A stretch of 64,000 nucleotides of DNA, taken from the NCBI RefSeq assembly GCF_006345805.1, contig NC_043010.1, positions 41,478,001 to 41,542,000 of the forward strand, read 5' to 3'. The stretch comes from Octopus sinensis (lineage: Eukaryota). Positions 12,985 to 25,188 of this stretch are shown here, one piece after another; the first letter of the stretch is position 1, and every line of letters starts with the position of its first letter. Under the pieces are notes generated by a model, which was given only the letters and a program-made list of their open reading frames with translations, was not told the DNA's origin and made no database searches. The translations under genes were made by a program, and so were the position numbers.

Positions 12985-14350
12985 ATTTCATCAACCACCC
13001 CAGTGGAATGAAAGGTAAATTTAGCCATAGCTAGATACAAATTCAGAATACTGAAAGATAAACCCAAACACTGATTAGTATTTAGACTGATCTTGTTCTA
13101 TTCCAGCCATTCCATCACCTTTATAACAATAAGAATGGTTTCAAATTTTGGCACAAGGCCAGTAAATTTGGGGGGAATGGGCTACGTTGATCAGATTGAC
13201 CCCAATGCTCAACTGGTACTTATTTTATCAACCTGAAAAGGGTGAAAGGTAAAGTCAACCTTGGTGGAATTTGAACACAAGATATAAAGATAGACAAAAT
13301 GCCGCTAAGCATTGTTTGCTTGCAATAATAATAATAATAATAATAATGATAACAATAATGGTTTCAAATTTTGGCACAAGGCCTGCAATTCTGAGGAGAC
13401 AGGGTGAGTTGATATCATGGACCCAATATTTCACTGGTCCTCTATTTTATCAACTCTGAAGAGACAAAAGGCAAAGTTGACTTTGGCGTGATTTGAACAC
13501 AGAACATAAAGAGTTGGAAGAAATGCTACTAACGATTCTGTCTGATGTGCATATGATTCTGCTGGCTCACCAAATTAATAATTATGGCTTCAAATTTTGG
13601 CACAAGGCCAGAAATTTTAGATGGAGTGGGTTAGCCAATTATATTGGTGTCCAATACTTTACTGGTACTTTATCAACCTTGAAAGGATGAATGGCAAAAC
13701 TGATTTTGGTGGGATTTGAACTCAGGATGTAAAGTACCAGAAGAAATGCAAGTCCATTTTTTTCTGATGCTCTAATCATTCTGATAGTTCACAGCCTTAA
13801 AGGGTTTCTAATTTAGGTACAAGGCCAGCAATTTGAAGGGAGGGTGTTTATGGATTACACTGCTCCCCACCCCCAGTCCTTAACTGGTACAATATTTTAT
13901 CGACCCTGAAGTGTAAAGTGCTAAACAAATGCACAAACCATTTTTTCCAACACTATAATAATTCTGCCAATTCATTATTAATAATAATAATGGTTTAAAA
14001 TTTTAGCACAAGGTCAGCAAGTTTGGCGGAAGGAGGTAAGTTGATTACATTGACCCCCAGGGCTCAACTGGTAGTTATTTTACCGACCCTGAAAGGATGA
14101 AAGGCAAAGTCAACCTTGGCAGAATTTGAACTCAGAACATAAAGACAGATGAAATTTTGCTAAGTGTCTTGCCAGGCTTGCTGCCCTAATGATAATAATA
14201 ATAATAATTTTTTCTAGTTTTGGCACAAAGCCAGCAGTTTTGAAGGGAAGGGGCACTTAATTACATCAACCCCAGTGCTTGACTGATGCTTATTTCAGCA
14301 ATCCTGGAAGGATGAAAGGCAAAGTTGACCATGGTGGAATTTGAGCTCAA
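12985..14350 (-). repeat. Head-to-tail cluster of about 6-7 decayed family-B SINE units with (AAT)n spacers
   Basis: Recurring ggtttcaaattttggcacaaggcc...aaaggcaaagt..acctt units about every 200-230 bp. Confidence 0.8.
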
Positions 14351-14890
14351 TAATACTAAAGTGATTATTTTCCATTTCATGTTTGAGTTCACATATCTTT
14401 CCTCTGTATTACTTCTCCCCACCCACCTACTGTCCATTTTAATATATTTCAATAAAAATAGAAATGAGACAATTCTCAATATTTTTTTTCCTATGAAGTA
14501 ATATTAGATAAAATAATTGGAAAAATAAAATTTTCAGGGAAAAAAAAAAAATCAAATCAAATTAAAAGAGAATACATTCTTCATGCCAAAATAACAAAGG
14601 CTGACAGAAGACAATAAAGCACATGTACAATATAATTAAGTTCAGACCAATACCAAAATTACCATTGCCACTACTACCACTGCTACCTTATGGCCTTTTG
14701 ATATCCAGCAAGAATAAACAGTAAGTTTTATTCTATACCTAATGTAAATGGCTTCCTACTTTGTCTTTAGTATATATGAAAATAAAAAATTCTTCCAATG
14801 AAAAAAAAAAAAAATTACGAAGAAAGATGCTCACTCTTTACCACCACAAAGTCGTCTAACTACCTCCATTTCTCCCCTATACACACATGC

Positions 14891-14972
<82 letters not shown>

Positions 14973-15300
14973 TATGTATATATTTATGTGTATATATATA
15001 TATGTATATACATGTGTGTATACGGGTATATGTGTATCATCATCAGTTAACTTCAGTCTCCCATGATAGCATGAGACATATGTGAAAAGATACACGTTAG
15101 AGAGTGTATGTGTGTGGTTTAGAAGTTTGCTTTACAACCACATGGTTTCAGCTTCAGTTCCACTACGCCGCGCTTTGAGCAATGTCTCCAGGGTCAATCA
15201 ATGTCTTGTGAGTAGATTTGGTAGATGTAATCGGAAAGAACCTGTACTGTATATGTATGTGTATATTATGCATGTATGTAGGTTTGTCTGTGTGTGTATA

Positions 15301-15391
<91 letters not shown>

Positions 15392-16277
15392 CATCATTAT
15401 CATCATCATCGTTTAACGTCTGCTTTCCATGCTAGCATGGGTTGGCCGATTTTGACTGAGGGCTGGTGAGTCAGATGGCTGCACCAGGCACCAATCTTGA
15501 TCTGGTAGAGTTTCAACACCTGGATGCCCTTTCTAACACCAACCACTCCGAGAGTGTAGTGGGTGCTTTTTACATATATATATATATATATATACATATA
15601 TATATGTACATATATGTATATATATATATATATAAACACACCCAGTCTACGCTGTAAAGTGGTTCACATTAAGAAGGGCACCCAGCTGTAAAAATGATGC
15701 CAATGCAGACAGCAGTGGAGCTTGGTGCAGTCTCTACCCTATGCTTACCAGCTCCTGGCAAACTATCCAACCCATGAAAAAATAGATATTGAATGATGAT
15801 GATAATGATGACACACACACACACATATAGGTAAGTATATATGTGTGTGTGTGTATGTATTTGCGTCACTTGTCTTGATATCACAAGCAAGTTGTAAATG
15901 AGTGTTATCATCATGCAAGAAGTGTCATTTGTTTCTATTGTTTTGTGGTAAAAATGTCCTGACATGGGGAAATATTACCTTGCTTTAAGACAAGTGAAGG
16001 TGGGTGACAGAAAGCCATCTGACTGTAGAAAATCTACCTCACTGAATTATATCTGACCCATGCAAACACAGAAAAGTTGATGATAAAACAATTATGGGTG
16101 TGTGTATAACTATGTATGAATGCATGTGTGTGTGTGTGTATAGATATATATATATATATACAAATATTAATTATAATAAAAGGTTAAAATCAATAATAAT
16201 ATTACCAGGTAGTCAGTGCGGAAATAAAAACCTCATAGGTAATAATAGGAAATAAAAACCTCATAGGTAAATTTTAC

Positions 16278-16535
16278 AAAATATTTTATAATTATATACA
16301 TAATTATAAAAAGGGATCGGCTTTACGCCTCACCACGCACTGCAAGAAATAGACTCCATATGAAGTTAACCAGCCATGTAGATTCATTATTTTCTTTTGC
16401 TTGCCTACAATATAGTGTGTTATTCTCGGAGATTTTAAGGTGGTACTTGGGGCTTTAGCGCCTATTTCTTGCAGTGCGTGGTAAGCGTAAAGCCGATCCC
16501 TAGCTATAATTATGTATATAATTATAAAATATTTT
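16278..16535. mobile_element. Hairpin MITE with about 75-bp inverted arms
   Basis: GGGATCGGCTTTACGC..CACCACGCACTGCAAGAAATAG (16313-16352) is inverted at 16462-16500; AT-rich flanks are also inverted. Confidence 0.8.
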
Positions 16536-17144
16536 ATATATATATAGTTAAAATTTATAGACAAACAAAAGATGAAGACAAGTGTATGAACAACAAACAA
16601 GTGTATTAGTTTGATGCTTGGGATGATGAAAAAATGTTTTACGTTTTGAGCGTATGCTCTTCAACGGAAAGGAATAAAAGAAAATAAACAGAGAGAATTT
16701 AGCGGTCCAGTATGGCGAATGATTGCATAAAATATATGTATACACACCCACAAACACACACATGTGTGTATAGACAGATAGATAGATTATCTTTCATTTT
16801 TCTGTCCTACTAACACTCAAGTCACTGCTGTTAGCATGGTAGAATGGACTTGAAAGTTAGAATTGCCAATTTAAAAAGTTTTTCTATGACAAAGTTTGAC
16901 AAATATAAATCTTTAGGAGCTGATAAGAAGCAACACATAACATCAGTACAATTACTAATAACAATTGTTTCTGGCATAGGCATTAGGACACAGCTCTGGA
17001 GGACGTAGTCGACTATATTAACTACAGTACTTGACTGGTACTTCATTTTATTGAAACCCCCTCACCACCACCATCAGATAAATAAAAGGCAAAGTCAGCC
17101 TTGATGTTTTTGAACTCAGAGCATAGAGACAGGACAAATCCCAC

Positions 17145-17373
17145 AAGGAATTTTATTGTTATTAAACAATTTATATCCTTTCATTATCTTCTTCCACTTC
17201 AATAGCAATGATAATTATTAAGAATTTTAAATGACAGTAGTAGTAGTAGTTGTAATAGTAGTAGTAGTAGTAGTAGTAGCAGTAGTAGTAATTTTGATAA
17301 TATTCCAAAGACAACACCCTCACCAAACCCTACCCCACCCACAGAAGAACAACCAAATTCACAAATTCTTATA
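17145..17373 (-). terminator. Probable GOLGA7 3' UTR with (CTA)n tract and tandem AATAAA poly(A) signals near 17153-17165
   Basis: Minus strand reads gtttAATAAAcAATAAAattcc about 210 nt after the stop codon. Confidence 0.45.
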
Positions 17374-17445
17374 TCATCTTCCTCCAAGACCACTTCCTCC
17401 GCTGCCGCCAATACCACCAGAGTCTTGCAAGATGCAGATTTCCAA
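17374..17445 (-). CDS. GOLGA7: GOLGA7 last coding exon: LEICILQDSGGIGGSGGSGLGGR*
   Basis: Acceptor gtccag|TTG at 17446-17447, TGA at 17376-17374. Aligns to IEITIYEDRGMSSGR*; the Gly/Ser tail resembles vertebrate GOLGA7B. Confidence 0.88.
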   Translation of the reverse strand: MEICILQDSGGIGGSGGSGLGGR

Positions 17446-17926
17446 CTGGACATCTGATTAAGGAAATATGATTGAATCTGATTAACAAAATGACAAAAGT
17501 AAAATTTATCCCAAGTGCAGTAGTTTAGTTGGACTCAACAGGGAGTAGTTTAATTGAACAGAATACAGTTCAGTCGTCGTGGATTCAGTAGGGTTTAGGT
17601 TGGAAATGTAAAACCAGTAAGATGTAGTCTAAAGAAGTTGGATATTGTTAGAAGCAGTTTAAATGATAGGAAACCTCAGACAGCTCAGCCACTACAACCA
17701 CTTGCTAAGTATATACCATGCCGATGAGAGATTTTCTCCATTTGTTTGACTTGCTAAAAGTAATATTAGATAATCCAATTCCTGTTACCCTAAAAATCAG
17801 AGAGGGTCATGGCTGGAATGCATTTAATAATAAGTCTATTCAATCAGGGTGACCCTGAAATTAAATAAAAGATATGTTATTTGTATAGACTGATGGTCCT
17901 TATGGCCAATAAAGTAAGGATTATTT

Positions 17927-18393
17927 TGTAGTGACACTACTGTGTAAGTTTCAGCGCACATGCGCAGAATTGGATTACTTCCAGTTGGCCACCGGAAGTT
18001 TTCCTCGTGCGCATGTGCAGGAACTGGAACCTAAAAGCCTGACCGCTGAATTGGTCTTTCTGGCATGAGCAGCGCTAGCGATCGGATGTGGCTTGACTTT
18101 CTCTCAGGGGACAACCCTACACTCAGAGAACCTCACCCCAACGAAGCGGGAGCGAACTGATGAATCGTCTTGACTCGCACGAGAAAGCATCGCCACTAGT
18201 CCTGCGGATTCGGCTGCCGGTTTCCCTACTAGAGATACACGTGCACTAGTTCTTACCTGTAACCGCAGAATAAACCACCACTTACTGTTGTTGAAGACCG
18301 CCCGACTTTGTCTCCGTTTCTTCAACTTAAATTGTATGTGACAGGATCAGATCGGACACCCCTCCAGTGTTCCTGAACTCTCATCCTGTTACA
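17927..18393. mobile_element. Probable solo LTR (467 bp)
   Basis: TGTA...TACA termini, 4-bp direct repeat ATTT on both sides, GC/CpG-rich relative to the flanks. Confidence 0.55.
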
Positions 18394-18861
18394 ATTTGTA
18401 TAGACTGTGCATTCATGAATGATGCACACCACTAAGTAAATTTGGAAAAAAGATCTTGTGTTTAGTATGGTACTGTTTCTCCTTTCAATTTATGACAAAT
18501 AGGAAAAAAACTTTGACCAGAATGCTTTGATTTTTAAATATTAGAGTAAAATCAGTCAAAATACATTAATATAAAAAACTATCTTTGATTGACTGAATTA
18601 CATGATATACAGCTATAATTACTAAAGATTAATGTATGTTTTCTTTGACAAGATAGCCGAAGATAAGGTGGAAAATGGACTCAGTCAAATAAATACAGTA
18701 CAGTATTAATTAGACATCAATAAGATGAGAAATCAAGTCCTTTCCAGTTTCTGACTTTTACACTCATATAAGCAACTTTTCCTTCATTTTATTTTGTCTA
18801 AAATATTTTCTTCATCAGTATCAACCAAATTCATTTTATAACTTATTGCCTATATATATAT

Positions 18862-19121
18862 ACCAGAGTAAACACATAAATGTGAAACATGGTGGAAAAA
18901 AGAGTACTCAAATACCAGTGGTAGAGTAATATGCTTTATTTAAAGCAGCAGAAAATTCAACAAAATCTGTTACTCTGAGTTTCTCGTTGCCGTTCATCAG
19001 ACAGTTTTTGCTAGAATGGAACCGATATATCGGTTCCATTCTAGCAAAAACTGTCTGATGAACGGCAACGAGAAACTCAGAGTAACAGATTTTGTTGAAT
19101 TTTCTGCTGCTTTAAATAAAG
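18862..19121. ncRNA. Penelope-end element with a perfect 188-bp palindrome carrying type-I hammerhead ribozyme motifs on both strands
   Basis: Palindrome 18934-19121. Plus core CTGATGA at 19055-19061, GAAAC at 19072-19076, stem III ACTC/GAGT, GUA triplet at 19082-19084, stem I ctgt/acag. Confidence 0.7.
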
Positions 19122-19216
19122 TATATATATATATATATATATATATATAGGCAATAAGTTGTAAAATGAATTTGGTTGATACTGATAAATATATATAAAA
19201 CAGATGAAAAGGATAC

Positions 19217-19318
19217 TGTTCGCAAACCACGTTCAGCTGGATCTACCAACATTAATCCACGAGAAACATATATTGTTTGATTTTGGTTTTCAATATATCG
19301 ACCAATCTTTTTCAAACA
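19217..19318 (-). CDS. GOLGA7: GOLGA7 coding exon: CLKKIGRYIENQNQTIYVSRGLMLVDPAERGLRT
   Basis: 102 nt, ttttgcag| ... ACA|gtatcc, phase 0/0. Aligns to [34 protein letters not shown]. Confidence 0.96.
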
Positions 19319-20165
19319 CTGCAAAAGAAGAAATTAGGATGTGACAATAAAAACATTTAACGAGTATGGTATCAGGAAAAGTTAAATGATTTTAGACAGT
19401 AAACACCTTTCAAAACAATTAGTGACCAAATCATGAAAAAAAACAAGTGATGAAAAACATATAAAGTAAATATACACACGCACACACATACACACACACA
19501 CGCAAATGAACCCACACATACCTCCCATACACACATAGCACACACACTCATACATACACGCACTCATTTATACATACATGTACACACGCACACATACATT
19601 TAATTTTCTATGTGACTACAATTTAAATATAGGGTATAATTTTTTTTTAAAGTTAGTTTTAATAATTGGTGATCACAGGCTCCCAACAAAGAGGGATAAC
19701 CAGTAGATGTTATAGAAAAGCAAATTTACAATAAATATTGCTCTATGGAAAGTGAATTGGTGGTTAGTGAGATGCAAAGACACTGAAAGTGGTGAAGGTG
19801 GTTTGTAACTGCTTCCAGCTACTTGTGATATGTTTAAATGAGAACAATACTATGGTAGATAGCAGGACCAGTGAAAGTAATTTGGGCTACTATGTTGAGT
19901 TATGTCCTTCGAATGAGGACTAGCGTTTGAAGACTAACATTGTATTGTGTATTCAAGTCTGAACGACTTAATGTATTGACTGTTATAAACATTTAGTAGC
20001 TGAGCCAATGACACTTTTGTACAGAGAGAAACATTATTTCTTGCTCAGTGAACTGAAGTATATCACTGAGGCAATGACGAAGGACCGAGATCTCTGGAGA
20101 TATGCTGTGACTACAAAGACCCGGGCTGCTTTCTGCAGCAATTCCACATACCCCCTACCCATTCT

Positions 20166-20266
20166 AAGTACCCCGGATCCCCAAAGTACCCCGGATCCCC
20201 AAAGTACCCCGGATCCCCAAAGTACCCCGGATCCCCAAAGTACCCCGATCCCCAAAGTACCCCGGA
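20166..20266 (+). repeat. 18-bp minisatellite (AAGTACCCCGGATCCCCA), about 5.5 copies
   Basis: Direct tandem repeats at the junction of an RTE-like tail and a SINE. Confidence 0.9.
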
Positions 20267-20269
20267 CCT

Positions 20270-20535
20270 CGTTGCCCCCGTGCCGCTGACACGTTAAAAT
20301 GCTCGAACCGATCGTGACGATGCCGGACCCTCCGGCCCCTGTGCAGGTGGCACGTAAAAAGCACCCAATCCACTCACGGAGTGGTTGGCGTTAGAAGGGC
20401 ATCCAGCCGTAGAAACTCTGCCAGATTCAGACTGGAGCCTGGAGCGGCCCCTGGCTTCCCAGACCCGGTCAAACCGTCCAACCCGTGCTAGCGCGGAAAG
20501 CGGACGTTAAACGATGATGATGATGATGATGATGA
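20270..20535 (+). mobile_element. SINE family C with (GAT)n RTE-type tail; other copies at 15395-15572 (minus), 15645-15810, 42798-43330 (minus) and 45860-46172
   Basis: gtggcacgtaaaaagcaccc...gttagaagggcatccag...gcggacgttaaacgatgatgat recurs in the window. Confidence 0.85.
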
Positions 20536-20741
20536 TATAGGCAATAAGTTGTAAAATGAATTTGGTTGATACTGATAAATATATATAAAACAGATGAAAA
20601 GGATACTGTTACTGTTGGAGTAACATGTGACATGAAATATTTTTTGGGTGCAGTTGCAAATAAATAACAAAAGCAAATGAAGCAAATGAAGCAGATGACT
20701 ATCAATCATTGCATCAAGATTTAGAAGTTTGGTTTCTGTAT

Positions 20742-20957
20742 ATCTATATCTATCCGCTCAGTCGAAGTAGACTCTCGGTTACTCTATGGATCAGTGTCCT
20801 CCAGTCAGGTCTATTCGGAGCCGCTTCTTTCAGATTGGATATGTCCATTCCGGTATCACTCTTGATGGTGTCAAGCCAGCGGGTTCTTGGTTGGCCTCTT
20901 CCTCTCTTGCCACTGACCATTCCGAGCATGATGTCCTTCTCCAGGGATTTTCTCTAT
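20742..20957 (-). mobile_element. BovB-like RTE LINE 3' end
   Basis: SLEKDIMLGMVSGKRGRGQPRTRWLDTIKSDTGMDISNLKEAAPNRPDWRTLIHRVTES, short (ATAG)-like tail. Confidence 0.8.
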
Positions 20958-22099
20958 ATGGAACAGCTTAAAATAAAAAAGCAACTGAGACCTGCAGGCT
21001 TCTTTATTCTCCTTCAAAATTGGACAAGAAAATGGTTTATAAATGTCCCTCTTGTACAAGTTTCATTTTCCTGTAAAGTATGATTTTCTTACTGCCATTC
21101 AAACTTGTTTTACAATATGACCAGGCCTTTTCTGTACAAAATGTGGCTAACATATTCAAAGAAAATGTCAAGTTAGCATGTACTACACGGTCTCAATTGA
21201 CTTAAGAATGCAAGAGGGGTACACTTGAAAAACTTTTAGGAGATGTTTTAATGAGTGTATTATACCAGTTGTGAAGCATAAATCAGACTGTTAACTTCAA
21301 CAGTAATAAATTAGATAGAAAAAGACAACAAAGACGATGTTACAGAGAGGTAACAAATGTCAATCTTATTGTGACAGAAGGTTGAATTCTACAGACAAGA
21401 ATGGTATGAGTATGAGATGTTTTAAACGTAAGCTTTAAAAAAGAAGGGCATTTAAGTCACATTAAGAAGGTGTAGAGTCTGATCAGGTATACATGGCTTT
21501 ATTCCATGTTGAAATGCCTGATGAAAGTATTTTAACTAATGAGTAGACAGATGTCTTGATCATTAAGTCCTGAATTCTGCATCTTATTCAGGCTACTACT
21601 AGGTACTCTGCTGCCAGTTTATTTAAAATAAAGGAAGAGATCACTAAGAATATATTTCTGATAGATATCCTGTTTTGGAACTTCTGATCATTTTTAAAGT
21701 GATAATGAATGAGAATTCAGTAATGATTATTACAGGGAAATGAATGAAAAACTTAACATAACATTGATGCTTGTACTACTGCTGCAGACAGTCCATTTAG
21801 TCATAGTATGGTAAAATATCACAACATGATAGTGGCAGAGACAATGCAAAAAGAAAAAAACCCTAAGAAAAGGAGAAATCTGCCCCAGAGACAGTCCTTC
21901 ACAATTACTTAGTATTTGTCCAGATGAACTTGTTTTGGGTTTAAATGTTAACAAACCATCAATTACCTGCCCTAGGATCCACACAAAAATCAAAAGTTAA
22001 ATGTCTGAAGAATTCTACTTGATAAAATGCAAAAAAATAAATGTATATAATGAAAACAGGAAGTTGATTGACAGAAGTGTTTTCTTAAGTAAGGCTAAA

Positions 22100-22560
22100 C
22101 TTTATATAAGAATAGGCTGGGCTAAGTCCAGAGAGCTCCTATCTTTGTTAGCAACAAAGGACCTCTCCCTCAGAGTGAAAAGCAGACTGTATGATGCCTG
22201 TGTGCAAACAGCTATGCTGCACAACAGTGGAACATGGGCTGTAAATACTGAGGACATGTGTAGGCTTGAGAGAAATGAAGTTGGCATGCTTCACTGGATG
22301 TGCAATGTCAGTGTGCATGTATGACAGACTGTAAGCATCTTGAGAGAAAAGAATTGGGCACAAGAGAGACGACTGTGATGATATGGTCATGTGATGCATA
22401 TGGATGAGGACAGCTGTTTAAAGAAGTGCTGATCTTTAACTGTGGGGGAAACCAGTGGAGGAGATGAGACAAGGTGGTGAAGCATGGTCTTTAAACATTG
22501 AGCTTCATGGAGGCAATGACTAGTGACCAAGACTTTTGGCAATATGCTGTGCTTAAGACC
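22100..22560 (+). mobile_element. RTE LINE fragment
   Basis: IGWAKSRELLSLL..LSLRVKSRLYDACVQTAMLH..TWAV..RLERNE..MLHWMC. Confidence 0.8.
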
Positions 22561-23735
22561 TGTCAAACCAAGGGAAATCAAAGTCATGGCCAATACCAGT
22601 GTCACGTAATTTGCACTCATGCTGGTGTCATGTAAAAAGCACCTTTTGAGTGTTGGGCCTCGCAGAGGCAATGTGGCCGATGTAAAAACAAAGCATACTT
22701 CAAATGATGTACATGAGAAATAAGTGTAAGTAATAATTAAAATTATTTATAACTACCATGTGATTTTTAAGCATTCTGTTGACCATATTCTTAACATTAA
22801 TTCTGTCTAATATAGCCACCTCTTTATGATAGCTTTATCATTATTTTAAAAGCTAAACACCCTTTTAGTCGAACCAAAGTTGATTAAAATCCTGAAAGAT
22901 ATCAAACTCTCTGACAGACAGTCATAGCCCAACAAAACTGCACAAGAAGGGTGTGCAATTGGAATTAAATCAGCACTTTATGATTTGAGCAATAAACATG
23001 AGTCTTTTATGTTTCAAAGCAATTTTGAGAGTATTCTTGTACTGGTTTTAGTTCTATCTTTCTGAGGTACTATTCTTAACAATCAGTATGTAGTAAGTCT
23101 AGATTTCAAAGCCAAATTGTGCCATGACTGATTAATAAATCCATCTTTTGGTGAAACAAATTTTGTGAGTACCATGGGTTTAACAAAACTGCTTCAAGAG
23201 TCATTACCTAATTAGATGAATGGTCATCCCTGTGTCATGAATTTGCTTCACCAGAGCAAACCACTGTTATATGAACAATAACAATAAACTGCCAATGAGG
23301 AAATTCTCTGTTGATGGATTTATTATGTTAGAAAAATAGCAGCTAAATCTTCCTCAAATCATACATTACTGTCTTAATAAAGAAAGAAGACATTGCATAT
23401 TGGAATCTTAAATGCACCAACCTGAAAATAGGATTGGTTAATCACAACTGGAATGTATTTAAATATAAGGTTGTTCAATCGAGACTGAGCTGATACTAAC
23501 AGCAATAAAAATATAAAAAAGAGTATATAAAAGATGAATAGATGTGTAAAAATGAAGGTAAACATATGAAGAGAAAATGTAGGTAAAACTTTTAATGCAA
23601 AAAATCCAGTTGACCTTTAAACTGAAAAAAAATATAAATAAACAAAAGTGACCTTTGTGTATCACTTTTTTTTGCATATCAAAACAAAATGATGTCTGAA
23701 TGAAAATAACATTGATCACAACAATTAATAAATAC

Positions 23736-23888
23736 CTTTTCATAGTGAGTGTCCACACACAAATAGGAAAGATATGCAGTGAGGCAAGCAAAACAGCTTT
23801 CACAATAGGTACTACCACCCAAGCTTTCGGCTTCTTTGTACATTTCATTGATGGTGTTTATTGTTTCTGCAAATGTTGATCTTTCAAT
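23736..23888 (-). CDS. GOLGA7: GOLGA7 coding exon: IERSTFAETINTINEMYKEAESLGGSTYCESCFACLTAYLSYLCVDTHYEK
   Basis: 153 nt, 51 codons, ttccag| ... AAG|gtattt, phase 0/0. Aligns to human [51 protein letters not shown], including the cysteine cluster. Confidence 0.97.
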
Positions 23889-24084
23889 CTGGAATGTTAA
23901 AGATTAAAGTTGGTTAGAATATAAGACATTATGTAGCTGCAGTTAAAGATTATTTATTTATTATAAGTATAAGTATGTTTAGACTAGATGAAAGCTGCAG
24001 TGATGACCTTGATGATGTTGAAATATTGCATTGTTATCGTGTGGTTTGAGTTAATCTTGGCCATACAATCTTATGGTATATAAC

Positions 24085-24306
24085 AGGCAGCGAGCTGGCA
24101 GAAACGTTAGCACGCCGGGCGAAATGCTTTGCGGTATTTCATCTGCCACTACGTTCTGAGTTCAAATTCTGCCAAGGTTGACTTTGCCTTTTATCCTTTC
24201 GGGGTCGATAAATTAAGTACCAGTTATGCACTGGGGTCGATGTAATCGACTTAATCCGTTTGTCCCCTCTGTGTTTAGCCCCTTGTGGGTAGTAATGAAA
24301 TAGGTA
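24085..24306 (+). mobile_element. SINE family B, full length
   Basis: Reverse complement of the 8.0 kb copy. Confidence 0.85.
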
Positions 24307-25055
24307 GATAATAGGTCAATCAAAGAATTGGATATGATAATATATTCATTGCTCCAGATATAATGTGTCTCAGCTTGGTTATGGATCACACCATACATTC
24401 TGAATAGTTTGTTATATGGGTTGCAGTATGGGTATGTTGCAATTCCTTCATTGCCCACTTTTGTTCTTATAGAAGTACAGGATCAGTTGGTGGCCATACT
24501 GGAGGCAAATATAGTGAATATGATAGATAGATGTTTTGGTTTGTATCTTAAAGATTTAACTGTGCTCTGATAGTTTTCTTGGATGGCTTTGCAGTAGGGA
24601 CCTTGACCATATCAACTGTAACCACTGATATGAATAGCCAGTGAGTAGATGAATTGATTGGTGTGAACAGATCAATCACAATTCATGAGCTCACTGTGCA
24701 ACTGGTATTAGATCACAATACATTATAGAAGATGGTGGAAGATTCTGGGTATTTCAGCAAAATGGGTACTTCAACAATTGATATCTAATATGAAGGGAAA
24801 AAGGGTGGAAGTCTGCTTTGATCTTATAAGTATACTTCCACCCTATATGCTAAAAATAAGACTAAATAATTACTTTTTCCTCATTTTCGTCACTGGAGGT
24901 CAAACAACTATTACAAATTGTAGACGTTCTGAAAAAGTTTATTCAAAAGATTTTTTTCAAGTTTTAAAATATACACTCACTAGAAGAAAACCTAATTAAA
25001 GTAAATTAACAAAGAATACAAAATTACTAATTGTTTAACACTTAGTGTAACTAAC

Positions 25056-25188
25056 CCTTCCTTCCAATTCAGCAGGAAATTTTGTCTGGAATCTGACTGG
25101 GGTGCCATCTGTATAGTCTCGCTGAATGAAAACTTTAATTCCATTAGGTTGTGGAATCCTGGATATATCCTCCATTGGTATGGCCTCA
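25056..25188 (-). CDS. GOLGA7: GOLGA7/GCP16 coding exon: (EAIP)[40 protein letters not shown]
   Basis: Matches the GOLGA7 signature [25 protein letters not shown]. Long polypyrimidine acceptor ttctttcag|, donor AGG|gttagt, phase-0 end. In-frame ATG at 25175. Confidence 0.95.

Noticed and set aside
16831-17046. ORFs on both strands and a TACTAAC branch-point-like motif
   Set aside because: No homology or partner exons; part of the sequence is SINE-derived.
17222-17458. Plus-strand frame ending DADFQLDI*, resembling a 4E-BP TOS motif (FEMDI)
   Set aside because: It is the antisense of the GOLGA7 last exon and 3' UTR; no 4E-BP core motifs are present.
20166-20266. Short direct repeats as a CRISPR array (also the 13-14 kb cluster)
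   Set aside because: No unique spacers, no cas genes, eukaryotic context.
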